NCBI RefSeq assembly: GCF_902459465.1
Contig: NC_047072.1
Location: forward strand, 15,167,776-15,231,775
DNA from: Asterias rubens
Taxonomy: Eukaryota
Direction of reading: 5' to 3'
Length of the DNA stretch: 64,000 nt
In this document: piece by piece, positions 33,740 to 45,171 of the stretch
Layout: every line of letters starts with the position of its first letter
How positions within the stretch are numbered: position 1 is the first letter of the stretch
Notes under the pieces: generated by a model
Databases searched by the model: none
What the model was told of the DNA's origin: nothing
Seen by the model: the letters and a program-made list of their open reading frames with translations, nothing else
Made by a program: the position numbers and the translations under genes

Positions 33740-35012
33740 CTTTTTTCCCTGAAATGTGTTCATCACTTGATGCTTGAAGGCGTGGCACCCTAGATGCATC
33801 AGAGAGGCCATCGAGATCCACAAGCATGACACCGCTTGATGCTTGATTCTGTGTTCATCACTTGATGCTTGAAGGCGTGGCACCCTAGACGCATCAGAGA
33901 GGCCATCGAGATCCACAAGCATGACACCGCTTGATGCTTGATTCTGTGTTCATCACTTGATGCTTGAAGGCGTGGCACCCTAGACGCATCAGAGAGGCCA
34001 TCGAGATCCACAAGCATGACACCGCTTGATGCTTGAAGGCGTGGCACCCTAGACGCATCAGAGAGGCCATCGAGATCCACAAGCATGACACCGCTTGATG
34101 CTTGATTCTGTGTTCATCACTTGATGCTTGAAGGCGTGGCACCCTAGACGCATCAGAGAGGCCATCGAGATCCACAAGCATGACACCGCTTGATGCTTGA
34201 AGGCGTGGCACCCTAGACGCATCAGAGAGGCCATCGAGATCCACAAGCATGACACCGATTGATGCTTGATTCTGTGTTCATCACTTGATGCTTGAAGGCG
34301 TGGCACCCTAGACGCATCAGAGAGGCCATCGAGATCCACAAGCATGACACCGCTTGATGCTTGATTCTGTGTTCATCACTTGATGCTTGAAGGCGTGGCT
34401 CCCTAGATGCATCAGAGAGGCCATCGAGATCCACAAGCATGACACCGCTTGATGCTTGATTCTGTGTTCATCACTTGATGCTTGAAGGCGTGGCTCCCTA
34501 GATGCATCAGAGAGGCCATCGAGATCCACAAGCATGACACCGCTTGATGCTTGATTCTGTGTTCATCACTTGATGCTTGAAGGCGTGGCACCCTAGACGC
34601 ATCAGAGAGGCCATCGAGATCCACAAGCATGACACCGCTTGATGCTTGATTCTGTGTTCATCACTTGATGCTTGAAGGCGTGGCACCCTAGACGCATCAG
34701 AGAGGCCATCGAGATCCACAAGCATGACACCGCTTGATGCTTGAAGGCGTGGCACCCTAGACGCATCAGAGAGGCCATCGAGATCCACAAGCATGACACC
34801 GCTTGATGCTTGATTCTGTGTTCATCACTTGATGCTTGAAGGCGTGGCACCCTAGACGCATCAGAGAGGCCATCGAGATCCACAAGCATGACACCGCTTG
34901 ATGCTTGATTCTGTGTTCATCACTTGATGCTTGAAGGCGTGGCACCCTAGACGCATCAGAGAGGCCATCGAGATCCACAAGCATGACACCGCTTGATGCT
35001 TGATTCTGTGGG
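33740..35012. repeat. Satellite with a 95-bp unit and a 69-bp deletion variant in a higher-order pattern, about 14 units, in PARP4 intron 25
   Basis: The unit is gcatgacaccgcttgatgcttg[attctgtgttcatcacttgatgcttg]aaggcgtggcaccctagacgcatcagagaggccatcgagatccacaa. The bracketed 26 bp is absent in some units. Minus-strand repeat ORFs 'MLVDLDGLSDASRVPRLQASS...' are artefacts. Confidence 0.9.
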
Positions 35013-35075
35013 GCTCTTTGTTTTGTACACGTGGGGGAAGATATAAACATTCTACGGCGGCCATATAACAAATTA
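35013..35075. repeat. Solitary diverged copy of the 64-bp satellite unit, upstream of exon 26
   Basis: ggggctctttgttttgtacacgtgggggaagatataaacattctacggcggccatataacaaa is identical to the terminal diverged unit at 37243-37300. Confidence 0.8.
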
Positions 35076-35448
35076 ACACATTAATATTTTGTTGTTCCTG
35101 AGTGCATATCTCTTTAGATACAACTGCAACTTCTCTAGGAGGGGCACCTTGAGTTCAAGTCCCACCGAGTAGTGGGACGTAGGCTGGGACTGTTTATCCC
35201 ACATGACAAAATACAGCACTGAGTATGCTAAGCTTCTTCAGTATAAGGATAAAACAAACCAGATAACAAATAAAAAATGAACAGATAATTAATGTTTCTC
35301 ACGTAGCAAACTGGATTTACACTATTTTCTCAATAATGCAAACACTTGTGATAACATTTCGTCTTAACTAACTGCTGCAACCTTCCACTTTTAAATGTTT
35401 TAGTTTATTGATAATTACATACAAATTATATAATTTCTTTTTGTAAAG

Positions 35449-35511
35449 ATGACGACGATTATATGTGTGCCTATTCAGCTAATGACATGGATTATGACGA
35501 AGTTGCAGATG
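35449..35511 (+). CDS. PARP4: PARP4 exon 26: (D)DDDYMCAYSANDMDYDEVAD — a 63-bp exon sitting between satellite arrays
   Basis: Acceptor tttctttttgtaaAG, donor GTAAGT. Phase 1 in and out, fitting exons 25 and 27. Confidence 0.55.
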
Positions 35512-35523
35512 GTAAGTAACACT

Positions 35524-37300
35524 GGTAGTAAATTGATGTGTGTAGGGTGGGGGTAATAAATTGATGTGTGTAGGGTGGGGGTAGATATACACATTCATAT
35601 GGTGGCCATAAAACAAAAGGGGCTCTTTGTTTTGTACACTGTGGGGGTAGATATACACATTCATATGGTGGCCATAAAACAAAAGGGGCTCTTTGTTTTG
35701 TACACTGTGGGGGTAGATATACACATTCATATGGTGACCATAAAACAAAAGGGGCTCTTTGTTTTGTACACTGTGGGGGTAGATATACACATTCATATGG
35801 TGGCCATAAAACAAAAGGGGCTCTTTGTTTTGTACACTGTGGGGGTAGATATACACATTCATATGGTGGCCATAAAACAAAAGGGGCTCTTTGTTTTGTA
35901 CACTGTGGGGGTAGATATACACATTCATATGGTGGCCATAAAACAAAAGGGGCTCTTTGTTTTGTACACTGTGGGGGTAGATATACACATTCATATGGTG
36001 GCCATAAAACAAAAGGGGCTCTTTGTTTTGTACACTGGGGGTAGATATACACATTCATATGGTGGCCATAAAACAAAAGGGGCTCTTTGTTTTGTACACT
36101 GGGGGTAGATATACACATTCATATAGTGGCCATAAAACAAAAGGGGCTCTTTGTTTTGTACACTGGGGGTAGATATACACATTCATATGGTGGCCATAAA
36201 ACAAAAGAGGCTCTTTGTTTTGTACACTGGGGGTAGATATACACATTCATATGGTGGCCATAAAACAAAAGGGGCTCTTTGTTTTGTACACTGGGGGTAG
36301 ATATACACATTCATATGGTGGCCATAAAACAAAAGGGGCTCTTTGTTTTGTACACTGTGGGGGTAGATATACACATTCATATGGTGGCCATAAAACAAAA
36401 GGGGCTCTTTGTTTTGTACACTGTGGGGGTAGATATACACATTCATATGGTGGCCATAAAACAAAAGGGGCTCTTTGTTTTGTACACTTGGGGTAGATAT
36501 ACACATTCATATGGTGGCCATAAAACAAAAGGGGCTCTTTGTTTTGTACACTGTGGGGGTAGATATACACATTCATATGGTGGCCATAAAACAAAAGGGG
36601 CTCTTTGTTTTGTACACTGGGGGTAGATATACACATTCATATGGTGGCCATAAAACAAAAGGGGCTCTTTGTTTTGTACACTGGGGGTAGATATACACAT
36701 TCATATGGTGGCCATAAAACAAAAGAGGCTCTTTGTTTTGTACACTGGGGGTAGATATACACATTCATATGGTGGCCATAAAACAAAAGGGGCTCTTTGT
36801 TTTGTACACTGGGGGTAGATATACACATTCATATGGTGGCCATAAAACAAAAGGGGCTCTTTGTTTTGTACACTGGGGGTAGATATACACATTCATATGG
36901 TGGCCATATAACAAAAGGGGCTCTTTGTTTTGTACACTGGGGGTAGATATACACATTCATATGGTGGCCATAAAACAAAAGAGGCTCTTTGTTTTGTACA
37001 CTGGGGGTAGATATACACATTCATATGGTGGCCATAAAACAAAAGGGGCTCTTTGTTTTGTACACTGGGGGTAGATATACACATTCATATGGTGGCCATA
37101 AAACAAAAGGGGCTCTTTGTTTTGTACACTGGGGGTAGATATACACATTCATATGGTGGCCATAAAACAAAAGGGGCTCTTTGTTTTGTACACTGGGGGG
37201 GTAGATATACACATTCATATGGTGGCCATATAACAAAAGGGGCTCTTTGTTTTGTACACGTGGGGGAAGATATAAACATTCTACGGCGGCCATATAACAA
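35524..37300. repeat. 64/66-bp satellite, about 27 units (gggggtagatatacacattcatatggtggccataaaacaaaaggggctctttgttttgtacact[gt]), in PARP4 intron 26
   Basis: Highly homogeneous copies starting 12 bp after the exon-26 donor. Long repeat-phase ORFs on both strands are artefacts. Confidence 0.9.
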
Positions 37301-38289
37301 AAGGGACAATAGGTCCGCACGCTGGACAAAGGGAAAACAATTCAACAGTGGAGTTCGACAGACTTGGGTGCTCCACAAGGAAATTTGTACACAAAGTCTC
37401 TGTAGGTTATTAACTACAGGGAAAAGGGAAAGAAGAAAAGATGTCTTTAAAGTGATGCAAAAAAATAGAATGAGCATGGGCATGTGCAAAACCAATTGGG
37501 ACGTCTGAAAAAAAACTATGTCCAAACAATGGGAGAACAAAGAGAAGTCCTCGGTACACCATAAACATACATGTATGTGCGTGGGGGTGTGTGTGTGTGT
37601 GTATAAAGCCCATATTGACAGCTGATTAAAAACTGCTCACCAATTAAAATAAAGTGAGGGACAAATACAAATGCAGGTAACAATTGTCAATCGCCTGACA
37701 CATCAACCTTAACAGAGTCTTTCTCAATAGCTTAATGAAAACTCACCACACAAGCACATGAGTGTAACAGAAGAGGACAAGGAAAGAGCAGAATAGACTC
37801 AGATGACACATAACATGAAAAAAGCAACCAGGAAGGGGGATTGAGATAGAAAGTTAGTGGTTACCTTGGGTAGATATATATCACATCCCAATGACAAAGT
37901 TGGGAAAGGTGCTTTGAAAAATGGTTTCATTTTTATCAACAATGTGAGGTTTCTGAGGAAATTAGCCACCACCAAAGAAATCCCTTAAAAACAGAACACC
38001 ACACAAACCTGCATGTTTAATGTATTTAACCACTCTATGGAAGGATAGATTTTTAACATCGTTACTAAATAATAATAAATAATAATAAATCCTTCTTGTA
38101 AAGTGCATTCCGGCATGGCCCCAATGCACTGTGCAGGCATGAAGCTATTTTAAAGAACACAAACAAATTATTCAGCTACACATTGTTATACAAAAACGCA
38201 TAAATAGAAATTTCACAAGATGAAGAAAAACAACTGGCAGGAGAAAATGTTTGACAAGTCACATGCTTAGCAGATGTGTTTTAAGTGAA

Positions 38290-38457
38290 CTCTTGAACAG
38301 ATCTTGTGTTTCTTTTTTTTTTAACTACAGCTATATCTCGACCCCTAGAAGATGAGGATATTATGGACTCATTATGACAGATCTTGTGTTTCTTTTTTTT
38401 TTAACTACAGCTATATCTCGACCCCTAGAAGATGAGGATATTATGGACTCATTCGGA
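38290..38457. repeat. 84-bp tandem duplication spanning the exon-27 acceptor
   Basis: cagatcttgtgtttcttttttttttaactacagctatatctcgacccctagaagatgaggatattatggactcatt occurs twice. The first copy ends ...ctcattATGACAG with an in-frame TGA. The second continues the ORF. Confidence 0.85.
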
Positions 38458-38572
38458 CTCCCTGAGGTGGAAGCGGAGTACGAGTTTCCAGTAGAAGCTC
38501 AGCAAGCAATATCAAAGATCAGACGTCGCTTCATTTCATCAGAGGGGGGTAAAATAAAGGGAGAAAAGAAAG
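38411..38572 (+). CDS. PARP4: PARP4 exon 27: (A)ISRPLEDEDIMDSFGLPEVEAEYEFPVEAQQAISKIRRRFISSEGGKIKGEKK
   Basis: Acceptor tttttttttaactacAG, the second of two 84-bp duplicated copies. Donor GTAGGA. Phase 1 in and out. Confidence 0.6.
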
Positions 38573-39302
38573 GTAGGATATAAAACATTAGTTTAATTAT
38601 ACTTCAGTTGAAATGCATTGTTGGGGACTAATACTTCTTTAGCCACGTCCATAAAAATTGTGTCCATCCACGGTTTTATTTTTCAGAGCGTGTTAGAGCT
38701 TCTTGAGTAATTGTTTTATTTAGTTCCAGGATTTCATTTTGTCACGTGAGAAAATTGAGTCGGCACTCACTGTGATTCACAAAGCCATGAACCATGGCAA
38801 AAAATCTGACTTATTCTGATTATTCTACAATTGAAAGGCAGCTTTAGGAATGACACTTATTTAAGAGTACCTACTCATTTGAAATATCAAGTCCCATGTG
38901 TCAAGTCGGTCTCAATCAAATTTGGTGAACTATTCACTCACTCACGTCAAGTTGCCAGCTTGTGGTGATGATCTGTTGCTGACATTGCACACATCTCTGT
39001 CACGAGCAAGTTACAACCTCTGCTTAATGTTCACTTTCCAGTATTGACCAGTCTTGGCCAGTATATGTGGTTAAAAGTCAATTGCTTACAATTCCCTGGC
39101 TCGTCTGCCAAATTAGTACAATAAGCAGTTGAAAAATGTACCATTTTTACAAAGCATTTTATTATTGGGCATCAATGCACTTAGTATTTTATGACAGGTA
39201 AACAAGTCTAAAAATTCTACTCAGCTATTTCATTCCAATCTGCCGCCAGCACAGGCAAGAAAACACAGGGACAAAACCACTTCTCTTTTGTGATTTAATT
39301 GC

Positions 39303-39425
39303 TTGCGTGTCGATTTCACAAAGATAGTCCTAGGAGTTATTAAAAACTCAAGGCTAGTCCTAAGTTAGGACGAGTAACTTGACCTAACTCGAGATAATAC
39401 TAGTCTTAACTCTTTGTGAAACCCC
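39303..39425. mobile_element. MITE family B (TIR tttcacaaaga...tctttgtgaaa), in PARP4 intron 27
   Basis: atttcacaaagatagtcctaggag ... ctagtcttaactctttgtgaaac. A partial relative is at 62755-62835. Confidence 0.6.
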
Positions 39426-39634
39426 CCCCTGGTTCTTTAATACGCATTACACTACATATGGGACCATCAGCTTTGCATCCCACCTGAAGGACAAACTAAT
39501 ACTAGTTAAGTGTCTTGCGTATGAACACAAGTGTCATAACCGATGAACTAAACCAGTTGACACAACTTTGACATGACTTATTGTAAACAATAAACAAACA
39601 CTTTACCATCATCAATTCAAATTTATTCTTTTAG

Positions 39635-39711
39635 AACATGTAAAATTATCATGCCGACTTAAAAAGAGGTCACCATCAGCAGTTGGTGCGTTGATGGAGG
39701 AAACGACAAAG
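39635..39711 (+). CDS. PARP4: PARP4 exon 28: (E)HVKLSCRLKKRSPSAVGALMEETTK
   Basis: Acceptor tttattcttttAG, donor GTAAAC. Supported by phase consistency only (1 in, 0 out). Confidence 0.5.
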
Positions 39712-40577
39712 GTAAACAGCTTTTTATTATAACTACCTTTCAAAGATTCTACCTTGTGATTAGTTGAGAACACATCACATGTCTTATTTTTATTTGAAAG
39801 CCACAAGCTATACTCTAAGCAACCAATTGTTTTACACCCATGGAAATGAGTGTATTACATCTTATCTACAGCAACCAGTCTTCTACACCCATGGTAATGA
39901 GTGTATTACACCTACAGCAACCAGTGTGCTAGCAGCAGTAGCTTCTTGGTACCTAGATGTCAAGGCACAATGTTGACCCAATTCACGCCATCATCAGATC
40001 TTGCATGCCCCATATTGGTTGTCAATGTCATTGTGTGTTATTCAATGAAGTGTGCATTTTAGGCAACGCGGCGTTTACACGTAAACCTATTGCGAACCAA
40101 AATGATGGCACAGTCGCCGCGTATGACTTGCATGGAAGGGGTCAATATGTATGGAGTGTTAAAAAACAAATGTTTACTGCTTTTACTTGTGCATGGTTTA
40201 AACTACCACTAATCAGTGATATCTTTGTTCAGGACCTTGTCGCTAGAGATTTACCCATTCAGTTCCCCTTGCAATCTATTGTTTGATATCTGAAACAAAA
40301 AGTTGTATCATCTTAAGGTGATCTCCCCTGGCTGCCGCTTCCCGGGCTGTATCGTAAACTTAGGTGTGATCCCTGATATTTGTTTTAGTATGTAAGTTCT
40401 TATTCATGAAATCAATCTTGGTTTCCAAGTGAGATTTCACAGAAGCCTCTACTTAAATATTTACTGACTCATTACTCAATTTTGGGGGGGTAAAAATACA
40501 TGATTTGAGAAGTGTCTATATTTTGTCCCTTCTCTGCTGGCCACAACCATTCAATGAAATTTGTATTATATTTTTAG

Positions 40578-40788
40578 GTGGAAAAACAACAACAACAGCA
40601 GCGACAGCAGCAGATGTGGCAAAGCATTCAATCAGACGTTACATGTGATGAAAAAAGGAAGAAGAAGAAGAAGAAGAAGGCGGGACCCAAGTTGGATGAA
40701 GATGTCAGAACAGACTCTAGGGAAGCAAGTGAGGTTCAACAACAGCCCATGTCTAACAGATACAGCCTTTCTGATGGGGTATCTCAAG
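40578..40788 (+). CDS. PARP4: PARP4 exon 29: VEKQQQQQRQQQMWQSIQSDVTCDEKRKKKKKKKAGPKLDEDVRTDSREASEVQQQPMSNRYSLSDGVSQ (polyQ plus a basic NLS-like run)
   Basis: Acceptor tattatatttttAG, donor GTAGGA. Phase 0 in, phase 1 out. Confidence 0.55.
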
Positions 40789-41113
40789 GTAGGATCGGAA
40801 TCCTAATGCAGGGTTTTCCTTTAAGGCAAAATGATGTAAGACTCCCTCTGATGATTAAAAATCATAAAGCTGTATATAATGTGTAGAGCAGTAACTTGTG
40901 GGATGTGGGTGCATCAATGTTTGTGTACAAACCTATTGTTTGAAGTTGCTGTCATCTTGTTCGGTTTGTTATAGAATCTTTAAATTCCATATTTAGGTCT
41001 GCAATTGCACGATGTCAGTTTCAACACAACTATAAGTTCTTTGAAAAAATAAATTTGGTCCTCAAAGATGAAAATCTAGGTGCATGATAAATCTTTCTTT
41101 TTTTTTCATTTAG

Positions 41114-41157
41114 ATTTATTGCCTGAATTGAAAATTGTCAATGAGACGATGCCTAAG
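41114..41157 (+). CDS. PARP4: PARP4 exon 30: (D)LLPELKIVNETMPK
   Basis: Acceptor ttttttcatttAG, donor GTGAGC. Restores phase 0 for the giant exon. Confidence 0.5.
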
Positions 41158-41464
41158 GTGAGCATTAATTACACCAGTGAGGGCCTACCATTATTTGTGT
41201 ACCCCTTTGACATCAGTTTCAGTGACTTTCACATACAACCAAATCTAAAGTCAATACGATTTGCCTGTTAATATTTGTCAATGTAGGAACAACTGATTTA
41301 TGAAAACGTTTGTTTGTATTGAGTGGGATTAAACAAGTTGTTAGAACCATTGATGTTAGTATACATGTATGCTGGTTTGGGAACTAATTTTGTTTGAAAA
41401 AAGACAAACAGTTTTCTTGTTTACCAATGTCTTAAAGCTTGTGACTATGTTTTCTTTTTCTCAG

Positions 41465-43028
41465 GGCTTTGAGAAATTTAAAAAACAAGTGGAAGGTTCA
41501 AATAAAAAGAAGGAAGTACCAGCTAGTTCGGAGGCAGTATTTGACAGTTCAATGTCAGAAATTAACAATAGCTTGTTTGAAGAACCTCTACTGACATCTG
41601 GACTTAGGTCATCTAGATTGAGCATCAAAGCTTCCCTACAATCACTGCCACATCTGTCACTCATGTCATATGCATTAGGATCATCTGTGGAAAAAGGCCC
41701 TCCATCACTACCACCCCCAATCCCAAGTGCATCTGGGTTATCTGTAACCGATAGAGGTGAGTCGCCAGTCAACACAACATTCCAAGCAGCAAAACAAACT
41801 GAGGCATCTACTTATGGAGAATTTGGTTCATCTCAGCAGCCAGCTATGTTTAAGGGACTTCCACCACCCACACCACTAGCACTAAGAACTGGATCAGTGG
41901 GATTTGGAGAAGCCAAGGCAGGTTTGTTTGGTGGACCTTCACCACCACCACGAGCAGCTGAGTCAGTGGGATTTGGAGAAGCCAAAGCAGGTTTGTTTGG
42001 TGGACCTCTACCACGACGACCAGCACCTAGGGCAGGAAGAATTCGAGACACCAATGCATGTTTGTTTGGTGGACCTCCAGCACCAGCACCTAGGGCAGGG
42101 GAATTTGGAGAAGCCAAGTCATTATCGTTTGGTGGACCACCACCAAGACCACCTTCACCCAGGGCAGTGGGATTTGGAGACGCCAAGTCATTATCGTTTG
42201 GTGGACCTCCACCACCACCACCACCAGCACCTAGGGCAGTGGGATTTGGAGACGCCAAGTCATTATCGTTTGGTGGACCTCCACCACCACCACCACCAGC
42301 ACCTAGGGCAGTGGGATTTGGAGACGCCAAGTCATTATCGTTTGGTGGACCTCCACCACCACCACCAAGGGCAGTCGGCATGGTGGGATTTGGAGAAGCC
42401 AAGTCATTATCGTTTGGTGGACCTCAACCACCACCACCAGCACCTAGGGTCGGGGGATTTAGAGAAGGCCAAGCAGGTTTGTTTGGTGGACCACTACCGC
42501 CACCACCAGCAGCTGGGTCAGTGGGATTTGGAGAAGCCAAGTCATTATCGTTTGGTGGACCTCCACCACCACCAGCAGCACCTAGGACAGGGCGATTTGG
42601 AGAAGCCAAGGCAGGTCCGTTTGGTGGACCTCCACCACCACCTTGGGCAGGGCGATTTGGACAACAACAGCAACAGCAGCAGCAAATTGTTGTAATTCCA
42701 CCACCACCACGAGCAGCTGAGTCAGTGGCATTTGGAGAAGCCAAAGCAGGTTTGTTTGGTGGACCTCCACCACCACCACGAGCAGCTGAGTCAGTGGCAT
42801 TTGGAGAAGCCAAAGCAGGTTTGTTTGGTGGACCTCTACCACGACGACCAGCACCTAGGCCAGGGGGAATTCGAGACACCAATGCAGGACCTCCACCACT
42901 ACCACCTAGGGCAGGGCGATTTGGAGAAGCCAAGGCAGGTTTTTTTGGTGGACCTCCAAAAAGTGCTGATAAGTTGTCGATGCCCTTGAGTGCCACTTCT
43001 AAAGACAGACTCTGTGATATTGACAAAG
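41465..43028 (+). CDS. PARP4: PARP4 exon 31 (1564 bp): GFEKFKKQVEGSNKKKEVPASSEAVFDSS... followed by about 17 tandem repeats of (V)GFGEAK(A/S)(G/L)(L/S)FGGPPPPPP(A)PRA, ending ...KSADKLSMPLSATSKDRLCDIDK(G)
   Basis: Acceptor ttttctttttctcAG, donor GTAAGA at 43029. One frame stays open for 521 codons. The other frames give HHHH-rich or GGGG-rich artefact ORFs. Phase 0 in, phase 1 out, fitting exon 32. Confidence 0.7.
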
Positions 43029-43089
43029 GTAAGAATATAATGTCTCATTTCAATGTTGTTAAGTTTATGGTTTGCAATGAAGAATGACT

Positions 43090-44462
43090 GTAACTACTGT
43101 AAAGAGCTCCAATGCATTAGAGTCAACTCAAATGCGCATCATTCATTAGGAATGGTTATCATTCCTCAATTACTGTAAAGAGCTCCAATGCATTAGAGCC
43201 AACTCAAATGCGTATCATTCATTAGGAATGGTTATCATTCCTCAATTACTGTAAAGAGCTCCAATGCATTAGAGCCAACTCAAATGCGTATCATTCATTA
43301 GGAATGGTTATCATTCCTCAATTACTGTAAAGAGCTCCAATGCATTAGAGCCAACTCAAATGCGCATCATTCATTAGGAATGGTTATCATTCCTCAATTA
43401 CTGTAAAGAGCTCCAATGCATTAGAGCCAACTCAAATGCGTATCATTCATTAGGAATGTTTATCATTCCTCAATTACTGTAAAGAGCTCCAATGCATTAG
43501 AGCCAACTCAAATGCGTATCATTCATTAGGAATGGTTATCATTCCTCAATTACTGTAAAGAGCTCCAATGCATTAGAGCCAACTCAAATGCGCATCATTC
43601 ATTAGGAATGGTTATCATTCCTCAATTACTGTAAAGAGCTCCAATGCATTAGAGCCAACTCAAATGCGTATCATTCATTAGGAATGGTTATCATTCCTCA
43701 ATTACTGTAAAGAGCTCCAATGCATTAGAGCCAACTCAAATGCGTATCATTCATTAGGAATGGTTATCATTCCTCAATTACTGTAAAGAGCTCCAATGCA
43801 TTAGAGCCAACTCAAATGCGTATCATTCATTAGGAATGGTTATCATTCCTCAATTACTGTAAAGAGCTCCAATGCATTAGAGCCAACTCAAATGCGTATC
43901 ATTCATTAGGAATGGTTATCATTCCTCAATTACTGTAAAGAGCTCCAATGCATTAGAGCCAACTCAAATGCGTATCATTCATTAGGAATGGTTATCATTC
44001 CTCAATTACTGTAAAGAGCTCCAATGCATTAGAGCCAACTCAAATGCGTATCATTCATTAGGAATGGTTATCATTCCTCAATTACTGTAAAGAGCTCCAA
44101 TGCATTAGAGCCAACTCAAATGCGTATCATTCATTAGGAATGGTTATCATTCCTCAATTACTGTAAAGAGCTCCAATGCATTAGAGCCAACTCAAATGCG
44201 TATCATTCATTAGGAATGGTTATCATTCCTCAATTACTGTAAAGAGCTCCAATGCATTAGAGCCAACTCAAATGCGTATCATTCATTAGGAATGGTTATC
44301 ATTCCTCAATTACTGTAAAGAGCTCCAATGCATTAGAGCCAACTCAAATGCGTATCATTCATTAGGAATGGTTATCATTCCTCAATTACTGTAAAGAGCT
44401 CCAATGCATTAGAGCCAACTCAAATGCGTATCATTCATTAGGAATGGTTATCATTCCTCAAT
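43090..44462. repeat. About 84-bp satellite, about 16 units, starting about 60 bp after the exon-31 donor
   Basis: The unit is tgtaaagagctccaatgcattagagccaactcaaatgcg(t/c)atcattcattaggaatggttatcattcctcaattac. Confidence 0.9.
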
Positions 44463-44578
44463 ATGTTGTACATGTACATTTCAACATTTTATAACTTTTG
44501 ATTTTCCGTTACGGAAATTCTGTTTTGACAGTAATGTTTATCGTTTTTAATGTTTTTTATATTTTATTAAAAATGCAG

Positions 44579-44664
44579 ATATGGACATTGAGACCAGTGT
44601 TAGGATTAGTGATGGTAGCACTAACATCGATGGAGTTATGGTTCTTCTTACACAACAAAGGAAG
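44579..44664 (+). CDS. PARP4: PARP4 exon 32: (D)MDIETSVRISDGSTNIDGVMVLLTQQRK
   Basis: Acceptor tattaaaaatgcAG, donor GTAGGA. Phase 1 in, phase 0 out. Confidence 0.55.
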
Positions 44665-45171
44665 GTAGGATACCATGGCTGGCTTCTTAAATGTATTTTA
44701 TAAACACTTACAAATGCTAGTCCTGGCCAATAAGTGGTCCAGTGTATCAAACTCAAGCTCTGGTGTTTCTGATTAACAAAATATATACCTTCTATGTTCT
44801 TCAAAGATCATATGTACAGAAGAACGGGCGATGTTGGAGGCTCCGATCAGTAAAAAAAACGGGAAAGAAAGTAGATAATTCAGGGAGAAGAAACGAATAA
44901 GACGTCTGCCTGTCAAGTGCCCTCAACGTCCACTTGGAAGTTATACGAAACAAATAATGAATGTTTTAACGAAAATATTTTCATTCGTTAAAAGATTGAA
45001 TGTTCCATTCAACTCAGCTCTGCCTCGTGGAATAGAACATTCCATCTTTCAACACACATTCGCACCATTGCACTCATAAACATTCATTATTTGTGTATTA
45101 GTGTATGAATAATTACAAATTAATTACACTTTATATCTTCTATTAAATCTACTGTAACGCTTTTTTTTCAG

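Noticed and set aside
33701-37540. Dozens of overlapping 60-200 aa ORFs on both strands (MLVDLDGLSDASR…, MCISTPSVQNKEPLLFYGHHMNVYIYP…, MFCTLGVDIHIHMVAIKQKG…)
   Set aside because: They are repeat-phase ORFs generated by the 95-bp and 64-bp satellites, which do not all have unit lengths divisible by 3. They have no start or stop context or homology. They are not coding.
41833-43026. Long ORFs in alternative frames and strands of the PARP4 repeat exon (for example 41904-42695 + His-rich, 41833-42402 - and 42424-43026 - Gly/Pro-rich)
   Set aside because: They are artefacts of the low-complexity tandem DNA repeat. Only one plus frame is continuous over the whole 1.56 kb and phase-compatible with the flanking exons.
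25250-44462. Possibility of a CRISPR array, given many regularly spaced direct repeats
   Set aside because: All arrays are head-to-tail satellites or minisatellites with no unique spacers between repeats. The context is an intron-rich eukaryotic gene. There are no cas genes.
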